This document shows positions 24,926 to 38,620 of a DNA stretch of 64,000 nucleotides, one piece after another. The position numbers and the translations under genes were made by a program. Every line of letters starts with the position of its first letter. The first letter of the stretch is position 1. The stretch lies in the NCBI RefSeq assembly GCF_963853765.1, contig NC_088854.1:18166001-18230000 (forward strand). The letters are read 5' to 3'. The notes under the pieces are model-generated. The model was not told the DNA's origin and ran no database searches. It saw nothing but the letters and a program-made list of their open reading frames with translations. Source of the DNA: Magallana gigas. Its lineage: Eukaryota.

Positions 24926-26800
24926 TATAATTTGAATGTCCAAACGCTATTCAGTTATCAATGGTGAAAAAAAATATTTCATTCTCAGACTGACTCACGC
25001 GGAGACTGTCGTCGTGAGACGTGAAGACTACACGGCTTTGATGTATGAAGGTTTTTGACGTTGTCTGTCGGAATTGTAAGAATGCCTTACAGATAAACCG
25101 TATAAGGATGTGATTGCTATAAGTATACAGTTAGTAAGGAGTCAGGGATTTATGGTTTAGTCATCTATTAAAAGTCTGTCCCGAACTTTGACTGCAACGA
25201 TTTTACGTAACCATCGCGGTATTTACGATGAAGGTTATGTATTTTGTGCAATCTATTCTTATTTGCTGAATAGATAAATATTTTTGACACAAAGCATAAA
25301 AATCAAGTATTTAAGTAATAAATTTTAGGGTTATTTTTGGTTTTATTCTTTTTTACACTGGGAGTTTCTTAATGTCAGGAAGGAAAAATGACAGCATTTG
25401 AACTCATTTTTCATTTTGTTCTGTATTGTTCAATTTATGGCAGACAAAGAGATGTGTCACCAACTAGAATCTGCGAACATTAACAATTGGTATGAAAAAC
25501 TTTACACAACGGACAACAAGACATTTTTCCGGTTAAAACGTCACTAAATAGTTAGTTATTTAGTTCTTTTTAATTGCTAAGCGATCTGAGACACAAAATG
25601 TAGAACTGTATAATGTAGTCTGATGCTTTAAATAGATTTTTTAAAATGCGGGAATAAAATTGACGAGAAATGTGGAAAATAAATCTATTTTATTATTTGC
25701 TAATTGCACAACATGTGTTAAGAACATTAAGATTGTTTCAAACGTGTAAAGGAAATAATTTTTTCATTTGAAAAAGACACAAGATATTATAAGCAGATAT
25801 ACCATACTGTAAACCATTTTAATTTGAAAGATGCAGTGTTTCAGATGGTTATATTTTTTCCCTGAATGCCACAGATCCTTTGCAATTATGCAAATGTAGC
25901 GCACTAGCAATTTGTTAATAAGAAAATTAATGCAAGTATTTCTGGTGGGGCAAACTTCGGCGAGCTTTATGCTTGTGCAAATTACCAAAAACAACAACAA
26001 CCAAAATTATGATTAAAAAAATAGGTTATTCATAAATGTATCTTATCTATGAAGTAAAAATAACAGAAAGAAAAATTAGAAGTTCTACTCTTATGATACC
26101 AAAAACGATAAAATGTCAACGTGTCCTCATAATGTATAATGATTTCTTTGTTTATTATACTGATAGATTCAGTAAATTATGTATGCATTGAGTTAAATCA
26201 TTTAAGTATTGGTTTTCGAGTAGATGTTTCTATGCAGTCGTTCGGAACCTTTTAACCTCTTGCACTAAACACTTGCTTAAAGTTTACACATTAAACGCTC
26301 AGAATTTTCTGTTCTGATCATTACTTTGACAACTTCTTCGTACGAGCACGTACTTATTTTTTTCCTTTGAATTGTCAATGTCAATCTGTCGCCAAAAAAA
26401 AATCCGTTTACGCTCCATCAATTACCATATCTGACCGTTAGGTCACAGAATTATAGATCTGTGAAATTGAACATGAAGGAGGATGTGTTTGAAACCTTAT
26501 GTGGTTTTGTGGTCTAAGGTAAGCGAAAGAGAGAGCGCGCTATTAGAGCGAGAGAGCGTTCATTAGCGACGAGAACCCCTGTTTTCCATGACGTGTGACA
26601 TTAAAATGAATTCATTAAAAATGCAAACACCCAGTTGTTTTTTTTATGAAGCCCAAGAACTTATTTTGAAATTAATCCACTAGACTGTACTTCCTGTTGT
26701 CAGACATAGATATATACACGGCTTCAGCGACTCATCTTAGACAGTCAAACCACAGACATCAGAGGCCTTACAGTAACGCTTGTTTCATCTTATATCGAAA

Positions 26801-28283
26801 ATGGTGTGGATGCCTTGTATGTTGTTGATGCTCATAGGCATTGCAAAAGGTAAGGGAACAACCATTTATAGATAATTAAAGATAAGCATTTTGAAGAATA
26901 AAAGTTTGCAAAAAGAAATATGTCTCCTTTGTTTGGTGAAAAAGACTATATGCAAACAAATTGCTCTGAATTAAAAATTCCTTAAAAAATAATCAATCAA
27001 AAAGAAAACTTATAGTTGCATGCAAGTAGTGTTTCTATACAGATATATGCAGAATTGTCTTCTTATGTGATAGGCTATAAAAATTGTTGATTGGTTATAA
27101 CGATAAACATTGGTTTTGTCGCAGGCAAAATAAAATTCTTTAACCATTTGTTTTAATTCTGAAACCCACTAGCTTGTAGTGTTAACGAATAATGCCTTGA
27201 GATACTTTCCAGAATCGACGTTACATTCTGTGCTTATTTAATTTTTTATGTCAATTCTTTATTTCGCGTAAAATTTCTATTTGATTAAATGTATTTAATT
27301 ATTTTGTTTTCGGTATAAACAAAAATAGTTTATTATTAAATTTCATGGTTTTAAAAAACTCGTAATTTAGTGGTTTATTAATCGTTAGACCAAAAACCAC
27401 ATACTTATAAAATCAACCAATAAATGGAGGCTGGTAAATCTTAAAATTCTCAAATGTAGTCATTATGATAATATCTTATATTTTTGCCATCATTGAAACC
27501 TTTTAACATAACCACAACTATTCACTATTCAAAGTTTAACTTGTAAATAGTTTAATTACTCATGATGAAACACTAGTCTCCCATCAAAGGACACCGACAA
27601 CGACGACATAGATCAAAGAGCTTTAACCAGGTCAACTGATGGCCAATCAAAGAGGCTGTTTGATTTATTACGTGTTTACGTTGTAAACAAAAGGTCGTTA
27701 ACTACTTCTCAAACTTTAATCGAGTGACTAAGATGGATTTTGTTGTTTTAGATGACTTCATTTTTGAAATTCTTGTGATTGGAATCAGTAACATACCGGC
27801 ATATTGCTTTAAGATGTTTAAAATTTGTAGGAGCACAAAAGCAGCCCCCCAAACTTTAACTAGTATTTGCTAGCTATTAATAAAATGAAATTTAACCATT
27901 AATTACAAATGAAATCGTTTGAAAAGAATATTGATGGAAAATTGGCTAACTTTTATTTCCATTTGCTTGCAGGAAGAAGCATCACAGAGACGATAGAAAC
28001 AGCTAGCTGTTATACGACTTATGTAATATCCACGACACACCATGAATGCATCAGCGACAGTGAATGTGATACTTACATGTCATGCTGCCAGAACTCAGGG
28101 GCAGACTACTCGGTCTGTGTTCCTCACAAAGACCACGTGCTTCCGAAAGAGAAATCCCATCAGTCCCTTAGTAGCGGGCAGAAAATGCACCATAAAGACA
28201 AAGGCCACGTTTTTCATTTGCCACAGCCCTCCCCTATTCCTATTCCAATTCTTGAGAAGGCAACTCATAAAAGCAAGTCATGA
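26801..28283 (+). CDS. Secreted 6-Cys WAP-like, His/Lys- and Pro-rich peptide 2, 119 aa: join(26801..26849,27973..28283)
   Basis: Signal-peptide exon MVWMPCMLLMLIGIAK-G|gtaag; phase-1 acceptor ttgcag|GA AGA AGC. Same Cys spacing as peptide 1, then LPQPSPIPIPIL. Confidence 0.82.
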
Positions 28284-31144
28284 AAAAATTGAACTATCCA
28301 CGCATGAAAGCAAATCATGAGAAAATTGATATTATCTAAATATCGCACGCTACCTCTTAAAGCAGATATTCCTTTGGGTGAAAGAACTGCGTTGTATTAA
28401 GCATTGTACGGGTATGTCTGTTTGCAAGTTACATAAAATGTATGGAGAGGAGATTCCATATCTATTTTGAGCTTGTCTTGATATGGAGAATGAAAAGTTT
28501 TTGGCAGAGTTTTTTGGAGGAAATGAGCAAGCAGAGGAAAGAGACCGATGGTCTGAGCATGTTGGCCAACCCATATCTGTATGCAAACCAGAACTGGATC
28601 CAGATGATAAATGCAGCCACTTGTGTAATTTGCAATTTTGTTTAAATTAATGTCAAGTGCCCAAGAGAGGATGATGTATATCAAATGACAGTGTATTGTC
28701 TTCATTACAACTGAGAGGAGTGAAATATGTACGTGCATCTGGTATTTTTGTTGTTTTATACAAGATGTATGTTGGTAATTAAAAAATGTAACATGTCATT
28801 TGTATTTGTATAATTTATTTATGAAACAGGTTTTTAAAAAGACCGTTTTACCCAGCATGGGATTAAATAATAAAGAATATGAATAAAATCAAACGAAGAA
28901 TCAATATATTTTGAAAATCCACGTTTAATATTAAAAAATACACGTTAACAATTATAAAACAAATCCTCGTATATACTAATAGAATTATTTCTTTAAACAT
29001 GTTAAGTTCGATTTTTATAAAATATTTTATTCTGATGAAAAGAAGTAGGTCACTACTTTCTCGATAATTTGTTGACATTTTAATTCCTTACTCGATGTGT
29101 CGATATCAATCAGACAAAAAGACGAATTGTAAAACAACTAAATTAATAATTCTCGACATTGAATTTGACAGTTAGTATTAAATTATATGCGAAAAACAAC
29201 ATTCGATTTACAACAAATGTCAGTTTAATTATTTACTACATCTATCTTTTCAATAAAATTTATGATTTATAATCGATTTAGATGTCAGAACTTCCAACAA
29301 ATTTTACTCTCGTATTGTTACAAAAGTTTTGTTTACACATTTTCAATATTTTCCAGGCGTTTAACACAAATTTTAAGTCTGATTGCAAAGATATAATTCT
29401 AATAAAAATTTAGTTTATTGGGGCGGGGTACAAAGGAATATAAGTTTGATTTCCAAAGATTTCACAACAATAACTTGGGCTACACAGTTCGCTGATGGAT
29501 CGAATAAAGGTCATGGGACAACATAATCACCCATTCAGTGACAAAGATCAACTATTGTTTGTGCTTGGAAATACGTTATACCTACACGGCAAACTTATAT
29601 ATGGGTAGTGGGTCTAGAGAATACATTGTTCATTTGACAATATGGAGCTTCTCTAAAGTCTGGATCACATATTACTTTTCTACCAATGTGTATTTACTAC
29701 ATCTGGACAAAATGAGCTGTGTACAAAATGGTTAGTTATCCAAATATATTTGTACTCTATGAGAGTTCTGGTATAAATGTAACTGTCGTGGCATGGATTG
29801 GCTGGAAGATATAAATATAAATCTTTGTAAATATATAGATTTTGATAGCTGATAGCTGAATTTAGTTGTAGACTAAGTTTGATTGAAAAAGCCTTAATTA
29901 ATATGTCACATTATCTGAAATGTATAATGTTACCCCCCCCCCCATTAACCAATGACAAACAAACATTTAAAACAAAACAAACTATACGGTAAATATCTAT
30001 GTAATGATAATTCAATGTTTACTTCCAAATCTTCTGTCTCGTAGATCCATTTAATTAAAAAGATGATAAACATACTAAATGAACATAATATATACGATAG
30101 ATGTCAGATTTGATTTCCTTATTATGCTCGGCTACCGAGTAATAAAAGTGACAAGTACATAACTCTTATTAATAATTAAATGAATAATCCATCAACGAAT
30201 TCGAAAAGCACCTAAATTTTTGTCCATTTCTGGACATCTATCTTATAAAAGTAATATGCATATAATATAATATTGATTATTTTTCATATCTTGAGTAGTT
30301 TTGCTTGAATGAAGTCTTCATCAAGTATTTCTGTTGAAAAATTGAAATTAAACAGATTTATCTTTATGTTCGGAATGGGTGTTTTCCTTGTTTTAATGTG
30401 TTCGTTACGCTTTGGCAAATTCACATGACGATTAAATATGACTGGAATAAACAAAACATATTTTTTTTTATAAATTAATTTTTCACTGCAATTTGTCTTT
30501 AAGCAGACTAATTCTTGGAAATGTTTTACAACTACTTCAGTATATTTGCTCATAATTCACAGAACAAAATCTTTCATTGTTTTTTGGTGAAACACATTCA
30601 CAAAGAAATGAGACACAAATTGTACAAATAACAAGATATTATCAGACTGAAATGTGTACTTATATTAAGAATTCATACAGCTCATTATGTTCTTTCTCGA
30701 GAATATGCCGAGGATTACGTATATTTTTGCTAAAAGTTGCAAATTGAAAATGTTGTTCATGTATTTATAAAATGTGTATGCTTATGTATAGAATATAATT
30801 TATGAAGGTTTTATGTTTTATTGAAATAAACATGTTTCCCTTGACAGTAAATCCGCAACACCCTTTTCTTATTGAAGGGTTCTCTCGTATCTAGATGCAA
30901 TTTCATCTTTTTGCGGTAGTGTATTGTTGGTTTCTTTGCTTTATACATGTAGTTACATTTGTACATGTAGGTGTCTCCGACTCATCTCAATTGAATTTGG
31001 TTACAAGATAAAATAAGCAACGTTAATGTCAATGTTCATTTAAATTAAAACACAAATAATACATTAGAACACACTAATTTCCACGTACCGAATAAAAATG
31101 TTGACAACAGTTGTTCTTTAATGCTATAGTTTTATGATTTTGTA

Positions 31145-31314
31145 TACCGGTGTTGTATAGCAGTTTTTCCCCCATAGTAGCTTTTCCCCCCGGAAAACCT
31201 ACTATATAGTAGCCATTTTTCCGGGGGGAAGAACTGCTATATAGCCATTTTTCTGGGGGGGGGGGGGGGGGGGGGGAGATGGCTAGGGGGAAAAGGCACT
31301 ATATAACACCGGTA
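31145..31314. mobile_element. ~170-bp MITE with internal poly-G
   Basis: TIRs taccggtgttgtatag / ctatataacaccggta (15/16 match); internal repeats of ctatatagccattttc and G/C runs. Confidence 0.75.
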
Positions 31315-31649
31315 CGTAAAGATGGCGTCGAACGGCGTTTTATCATATAATTTTGCATTGTGAATGTAAAATACTTTAAGTTGTGATGGCAAAGAACAAC
31401 CAGGGCTAAAGAGAAAATGAGATTTCATACCATCAGAAAACATTGCAGAATATTTACGACTGAACAGACACTTTTAAAGTAAGTCGTTGTAATCAGAGCT
31501 ACCTTTAGCTTCTGATTCTTAATTATGTCTGAAAACAGCTAAACACTTTAATCATAAGTAATAACAGTGACTGTTATAAATAGGAAAGGTATTTATGTGA
31601 TAAGGCTTTATTTTAGCAGTGAAAATTTCTTCGAATTCATCTTATAATA

Positions 31650-33570
31650 AACATTGAAAGAAAGATAACTCTTGTCGTGTACCATGAACAAAATGTGTAC
31701 ATACAATTGTATATAAAACATAAAAAAATCAAATATTAATATTTTTAAATGGCAAGAACTGATACTTTAGCGTACAATTAAATTATTTAAAACATAGCAT
31801 TCTATTTTACATAATCATTATCTTTTTTTAAAATGTTCCTTTAAATCAAAAGATTAAAAGTTAAAAGAAATAAAACCGTTATTTACTGACAAGGTAAAGC
31901 CATATTTTAGATAGAGATGAACATATGTCCTGAGAATTGTCGGACGTCTTTCCTTTGTTTTATTAAGGGTTACAAATCTCTAAACTTCCTTAGAGAACAA
32001 AGAAAAGCTAATGCGGAAACATCTCTGATCGCCAGGACAAAGCCACTAACCGGATATGTCATTCGAGGGTAGTTTGTTAATCCCGACGATAAGTAACCAA
32101 GGTATTTTACTAATTTTCATAATTCCCATCGGATTATGAAAATTAAGAGAAAGATAAAATTCGGTTTACATGTCAATTTATGTTTTATGGTAAATCAAAT
32201 TCAATTAAGACCACATCTTTTAACGAGAGAACATGCTAATGTGTTTTCAATAAGTTACTAAGTATATTCACTGAACATACCTAACTTTTGTTTTAAGAAC
32301 AAATAAGGAACGCTGCAATTGCTGGAAAATACGTTGCATGATTCATACAAAGTCGTTGTGTGTTGACAGTTAATTTTTTATGAACTAAGAAATACTATAG
32401 TACCGCAAAAAAATTATATTTACATTTTTTGACAGTGTTTTTTTTAACAAAAATAACCCTTTTTTGTAAAAGCCTTAATCGTATGATTCAGATGTTGTCT
32501 GTTATGTGTCAACTAAAGTTCATCATCGTTTCTCCGATCCAAATCAGATTATGCCACCATGTTGCAATCAAATAATGTTTTCTTGCAAATAGAAGAAGCG
32601 TTCTACTGAGAGTACGATTTCTAATTATCCTGTGGATCAACTTCATTTTAAAGGTAAATTTGTTGTGATTTTTTTATTTGTTTGGAAAACCGCTTTACAA
32701 CAAATAAATGTTAAAGACAGTTTTATCAAGTTGTAGAGACGGTCTTTTCCCATTGTAATCGGATGATTAAATGTCATCCTTATTGCAGTATTACCCGAGA
32801 GTTCAATATGAATTTGAAAAATCGTAAGCTAAATGCAAATAGAAACATATTCATACAAAGTTTCGCTTTTCAAAACGATAAGTAATCAAACCTTACACAT
32901 TCCTCAGAAACAAAATTTTTGGATCCCAAAAAGATGTTTGTAAAGTAAATGTGTACTGTAGAACATTATTTCAATCCAACTATGCATACGGTCGGATGTC
33001 TTGAATATTCATTGGATCCCAAAAAGATGTTTGTAAAGTAAATGTGTACTGTAGAACATTATTTCAATCCAACTATGCATACGGTCGGATGTCTTGAATA
33101 TTCAAGCAATAACCTCTACAAAATATTCCAACAAAACTTTATAACATATCCTGCAACGAAGAAAAGGGGGTTTTAATATTGTTACATTCATTTCTACATT
33201 TATGGCAAGTTTTTTTTCCTTTTTTTTTTTTTTTTTTTTTACTTTTTTGTGCTTCTGTTTAGAATTATTTATGTCATATTCTACATGGTTTTAAGAAGAA
33301 TTTAAAAACATGGTAATCACGAATCTTCAAATCACTTTACTTTGAACGTTTTCTGAGTTATTGGGTAAGTTATTCTTGATATAGTATGCAGTGTATTAAT
33401 TTTACAAAGAGTCAGTAGTAAAATATACAAACCTTTCTACTTGCTGTAATTATATTCTCAGATAATTTAGTGAATGTGTTGTGTTTTGTGGTAAATATTT
33501 CTATAACAATACTCTCTCTGACGAAATTTAGATCAATTAAAAAAATACACCAAAACGAGGCGTACCGCAT
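31650..33570 (+). repeat. Copy A of a ~1.9-kb diverged direct duplication (approximate ends)
   Basis: Collinear similarity to 36810-38620, e.g. aatctctaaacttcctt..agaacaaag..taatgcggaaaca, gccaggacaaagccac, tgttttcttgcaaata..agaagcg, ttatttcaatcca, tttagtgaatgtgttgtgttt. Confidence 0.8.
32919..33104. repeat. Perfect 93-bp tandem duplication inside copy A
   Basis: ttggatcccaaaaag...gtcttgaatattca starts at 32919 and 33012; only one unit is present in copy B. Confidence 0.92.
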
Positions 33571-34772
33571 TTTTTTTTCTTTGAAAAAAAAAATCTAAAA
33601 AGACCAAAACATGGAAACCAGAAAAGTGAAAAAAAAAACCGAACCAAAAGTGTCCAAAGAAAACATAAAAGGGAAGTACAGAGAAATGATACACATCTAA
33701 GTTAGGTCATGGGATTATCATTGGAGCTGGAGGCAGAACGAAGGTGTCGAGAAATCAACATGAGTTGGTAAATTAAATAGAATAAGCAGAACATATTGCA
33801 TGATATATATTAATAATGTGTATTAATAACCAAAAACTTATTTTTTAACGATTGTTTGGAAAATGTTGGTTTTCAATGAAATATATAGTGAAAAAGAAAA
33901 AAACAAATTGGCATACTTTTGACACCTGAGTGTATTTTTAAGGTAAAGTGTCTGTGTCTAAGAATGAATATCCACGTTTTGTCAAACCATATATAAAAAT
34001 ATATAAAAAATCATTTGTATCAGTGCATCTGTTGGGTTGTATAGTAATATGATTATAAACTAATAAAAAGAAGAGAGGGGTGAATGGTTCGTAGACCAAT
34101 TACAAACGAATTCTTTACGGATGCGTAATTTAGCAAACAACAACTGCCTGATTTCATGCAGTGAGGTTGAATTGGCTATTCCTTTATCAATGCGCATGAA
34201 AAGACATCGAATTTCTATTTACAAAATATACTAATTTTTGTGTTATTAGAATAGTTTGTTCTGCAATACTTTGTGAAAAGTGTTATTTCAAACAACTCAA
34301 CACTTTTCTAAATTTATCAATTTATTTAACAACGAAACAATTCGTGTTTTTATTTAAATAATATTTCATTCAATTTATATTGAATGGGATTAGGTAGTAG
34401 GCACAGCCTAATTTTAGCCTTCTCTCTATAACAAGAGCAAATTGAACAATCATATTGAATATGCATACAACTCAGAGTATAGAAGGAATACAATGACAAT
34501 GAAAAACGCAAGGAAAAATATTCTGACACTGGTTTGGAAAGAAGGAGAAAGGCCACATAATTTGTTTTCATAAATATTTAGACAAAACGTTTTGTTGCTG
34601 CAATAAAATATGTCCTGCTTTAAATATTTGAACATTGATATTAAGTCCATGATTGCGACTTCCTTATAACATAAATCCAAATAAAAGTTGATGATCAGTA
34701 CTGATTTTCTTTATGGCTTAAGTGTCGTAAAATGTAAATTGAATAACATCTGCAAATTACACCGAGCAGAGT

Positions 34773-36346
34773 CATGTTCACGAAGCTATATTAGGACTAT
34801 GGTGCGTCCTAAGTACGTCTTAGGATACGCCTTAATCTTAAGTCTGTTTCTCGAGCTCTCCTAAAGACACATTTATTTTGTGACGTATTGTTTATTGAAA
34901 TAAACAATGAAATGAAGTGTAATTATATACGTAGTTTCTTTCCCAGTATTGTCACATAGCGCAGTGGGTTAAAGTGTTTTCTTTAAATCTGTAAATCATG
35001 AGTTCGAATCCCACCGTGGATTTTTCATTCTTGGCCTCTCCAAATATTTCAAAAGCTATCTTTTGGTTAAATATTGTAAAATTTGAAAATTCTAAACCGG
35101 TGAAGTATTGTAATTATAATGAACTGTAATCCGAATTAATATCAACATATGTGTATATGTATAGACTTCAAAACTTATTGATTCTTACAGTAAAACAATT
35201 TTTGACAGTAAATATAAGAATGTCCCAAACCTCTCGACGCTCATGTTAAAACGAACTGTCACTGATAGAATACATATTGAGAAACTATTGTTGCTTAAGA
35301 ATTGTAAATTTGCTGAGTATGAAAAGTATTGGCAAACTATTTGTGATTTGTATAATAGCTGCAAGGAATTTGTAAGCATATTATGGCAAAAGAAAATATG
35401 TCTACTATTATGTATCCTCTTGCATATGTATGACTTTTTGATATATAGTGTTCCCCTCTCTTTCTCCACCCTCGTTCACCCCCCCCCCCCCCACCTCTTT
35501 ACTAAAAATACTCAAACTTCCATGGTTGATAAAAGAAAGTATTCGAGATTGTTTGTGCATATTTATGTCTGTTTGTCGGTATTTACACTTGTCTGTACAT
35601 GTGCATGTTTATCTTCAGTATGTGACTGTTTATACTTGTATCTTAAATGAAGTGAATATGTAATGTGTATGCACTGTAAACTAAGTATATGAGAAGATGT
35701 GAATAATTCGAACATGCAAGTTTGAATAAAAAAAAAATATATCAACAGATGTCCCATACCACCTTAAGCTGTATTCTATATATTGCTGATAAAGGGAAAT
35801 TGGTCGTGTGTGAATGTAAATCGTGAAATTAAATTCTATAAAAAGCGCATTACTTGAATGACAAGAGTATCAAATGTTAATTTACACACAAAGAATGCAC
35901 ATGTGTTGTTTAAAAAATATTTGCTTGTAAACCAAAGTTGTCCTGATACATGCTTTCTCTAAACAAAAAAGCGGTTATTTGGATTTCTGGTTTTCGTTTT
36001 GTTTGAACTAAATTGTTATTGGTCACTGAAATATATCTAGTAAGTAAATGAATGTTTTAGAAAATGTATGCAAATCAAAATTACTGGCTTTAGGCATATC
36101 ATGTTACCGACACGTATTTTTTTCTCTGACAAGATGTTAAATGATTTTTTTCCTTCACAAGTCTCTCAGATTCTATCTGAATTGATGTGAAAAATAAGAC
36201 TGATTTTTATTAGATTAGGATATCCTAACTTAGATGTTCTAATTTTACCGTCTTAAGAAGTTGATCTTAGGATGTTTCTAACTTTTCCCTATGTCATATC
36301 CTAGGAACACAATAAGGTTATATATTAGCAAAGTTTCGTGAACATG
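34773..36346. mobile_element. ~1.6-kb non-autonomous DNA transposon, PIF/Harbinger-like by TIR resemblance
   Basis: TIR catgttcacgaagct / agtttcgtgaacatg (14/15); subterminal cctaag/cttagg motifs at both ends; no transposase ORF. Confidence 0.55.
34950..35025 (+). repeat. tRNA-derived Pol III A/B-box module (SINE-head-like), not an intact tRNA
   Basis: A-box TAGCGCAGTGG (34957-34967) and B-box GTTCGAATCC (35002-35011) at tRNA-like spacing; acceptor and anticodon stems do not close. Confidence 0.55.
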
Positions 36347-36809
36347 CCGGCATTGCAGGATAATTTTTTTGTAAAATTATCTAATATAACTTGAGCCACG
36401 AGGATCTCCTTATGTATGGAGTTAAGATCATTTTTTTTACTAAAAAATTACTATCTTTAGAATTATACATTGCAACATTCCCCAAAATCAACCTCTATCT
36501 GCGAATAGGAGTATGATGCCCAATAATTACAATATCCTGTTTAGGTTTTTATTTCGTGTATAGCTCTAGGCATATCTGACTCAGCTATAAACTCTATTCA
36601 AAATGTTTTGCACCAATAAGACTGTCCTCTGTAACCAGTCTAAGTTAAATCAGTCGTTCCCCGCTTCCGGTTTTCTTTCTTGTAAGAGTTTTGCATTTTA
36701 ACATAGTTTGCAATGCACAAGTTCATTTAAAGAAAAAATCATTAGTGATAAATTTCTGATAAAAATTCCGTTCAAACTGTTAAGGATCTAGATTCTCACA
36801 ATAATAATA

Positions 36810-38620
36810 TTCAAAGAAAGACAACTCTTGCCATGTTCCAAAAATATGACATGTATATGGTATAAAAATTCAAAACATTTAAATATTATTATTATATTTT
36901 AAATGGCATGAATAAATACAGTTTGTAGTTGGTTATTTAAAAAGCATTTTCTTACACAAACATTCTTTTCCCGAATGTTCTTTCAAATCTAAACCTTAAA
37001 AAATAGAATGGAATAAAACAGTTGTTTCTTTCCCTACAATGTAAGCCATATTGCTGATAAAAATGAAAATCTACCGAGAGGGTTTTTTTGTCATGAATCT
37101 CTAAACTTCCTTAAAGAACAAAGGAAAGTTAATGCGGAAACACTGCCTCCTCTGATCGCACGCAGAGAAAGCCAGGACAAAGCCACGAACCGGAACTGTC
37201 ATCTGTGTCTTATTTGTAAATCCCGAGAATAGAAAAAGCAAGGATTTTTACTAAAGAGGACTCCTATCCTATTATGTAAAATAAGAGAAAGAGAAAAAAT
37301 GATCAAAGAAATTGAAGTTCTGTTCTATTCACATGTCAATTTATGTTTTGTGGTAAAATCAAACCAAATTATTTCATCTAATGAGTACATCTTTTAGCAA
37401 GAGAACATATTAGTATGTTTGATTTAGGTTATTAAGTATATTTACTTAAAATGGATTACCTTTGTTTTAAGAACAAATCAAAATCGCTGCAGTTGGTGGA
37501 AAATACGATGCATGATTCAAAAGTCGTTATGTTTTTATAGTTTACTTATTTATCAACAAAGAATTACTAAAGTGCCATAAAAAATTACAAGTACATTTTT
37601 TTGTTGACAGTTTTTTGTATAAGTACATTATCAACGTGTTTTCCCGATACAAATCAGAGTATTGCCTATTTGTTGCAATCACATAATGTTTTCTTGCAAA
37701 TAAAAGAAGCGATTTACTGAGAGAACCAACTCTAACTATCCTATAGCTACTGCATTTTCTTGTAGATCAAGATCAATTTAAATTCGATTTTTTTTCAAAA
37801 ATTCTTTACATGTCCAAACAATATAGAAAAATTATAAGCTTAAATCAAGGATTGTAATCTCTTAAAAACCATTTTACAATTAAAGTTTTATCATGTTGTA
37901 AAGACGTCCTTTCCCCATCGTCATCCGGTGGTGACGAATTGTCAAACTTTTTGCAATATTACCCGAGAGTTCATACTGAATTTTAAAAACCTATATTATC
38001 GATTCCATGCATGCAAATTCAAACATATTCAAAACAAAGTTTCACCTTTCGAAAAGATAAATAACCAAACCTTAAACATCGCCAAGAAACTAAATTTAGG
38101 GACCCAAAAAGAAAAAGTGTGTTATATTGATGTGAAAGTACTGAAACACGTTATTTCAATCCAGATGTGCATCTGGTCGAATGTCTTAAATATTCAAGAA
38201 ATAATCCAACAAACATTGTAGAAAATTCTTTTAATAGATTTCTTAATTATTTCTTTATTACATTTATGGCCTGGCTTTTTACTTTTTATGCTTCTTTTTA
38301 GAACTATTTTTTGTTATATTCTACAATGTTTGAAGAAGAATTTGAAAACATTACTAGTATTGCTACACTTCTTTACTATCAACAATTTCTGGGCCGTTGG
38401 ATTTGTAAATTGTGATATGGTATACAAAGTATTAATCTGTAAAGAGTCATTGAAAGAATTTACAAAGCTGTCAAATTATCTAATCTTATTTTCATATTGT
38501 TTAGTGAATGTGTTGTGTTTTGAGGCACAGATTTTTTTCTATTTTATGGTAATGCTATCTCGCTGATGAAACTAAAATCAATAAAAAAAAAATGCACCAC
38601 GACGAGGGGTGCAGCAGTCC
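36810..38620 (+). repeat. Copy B of the ~1.9-kb diverged direct duplication (approximate ends)
   Basis: Collinear with 31650-33570, with many substitutions and indels. Confidence 0.8.

Noticed and set aside
34950-35025. Functional tRNA gene
   Set aside because: A and B boxes are present but the cloverleaf stems do not close, and it lies inside a TIR element.
35243-35663. ORFs of 135 and 71 aa inside the TIR element
   Set aside because: Low-complexity, TG-rich sequence with no DDE or Myb-like transposase motifs.
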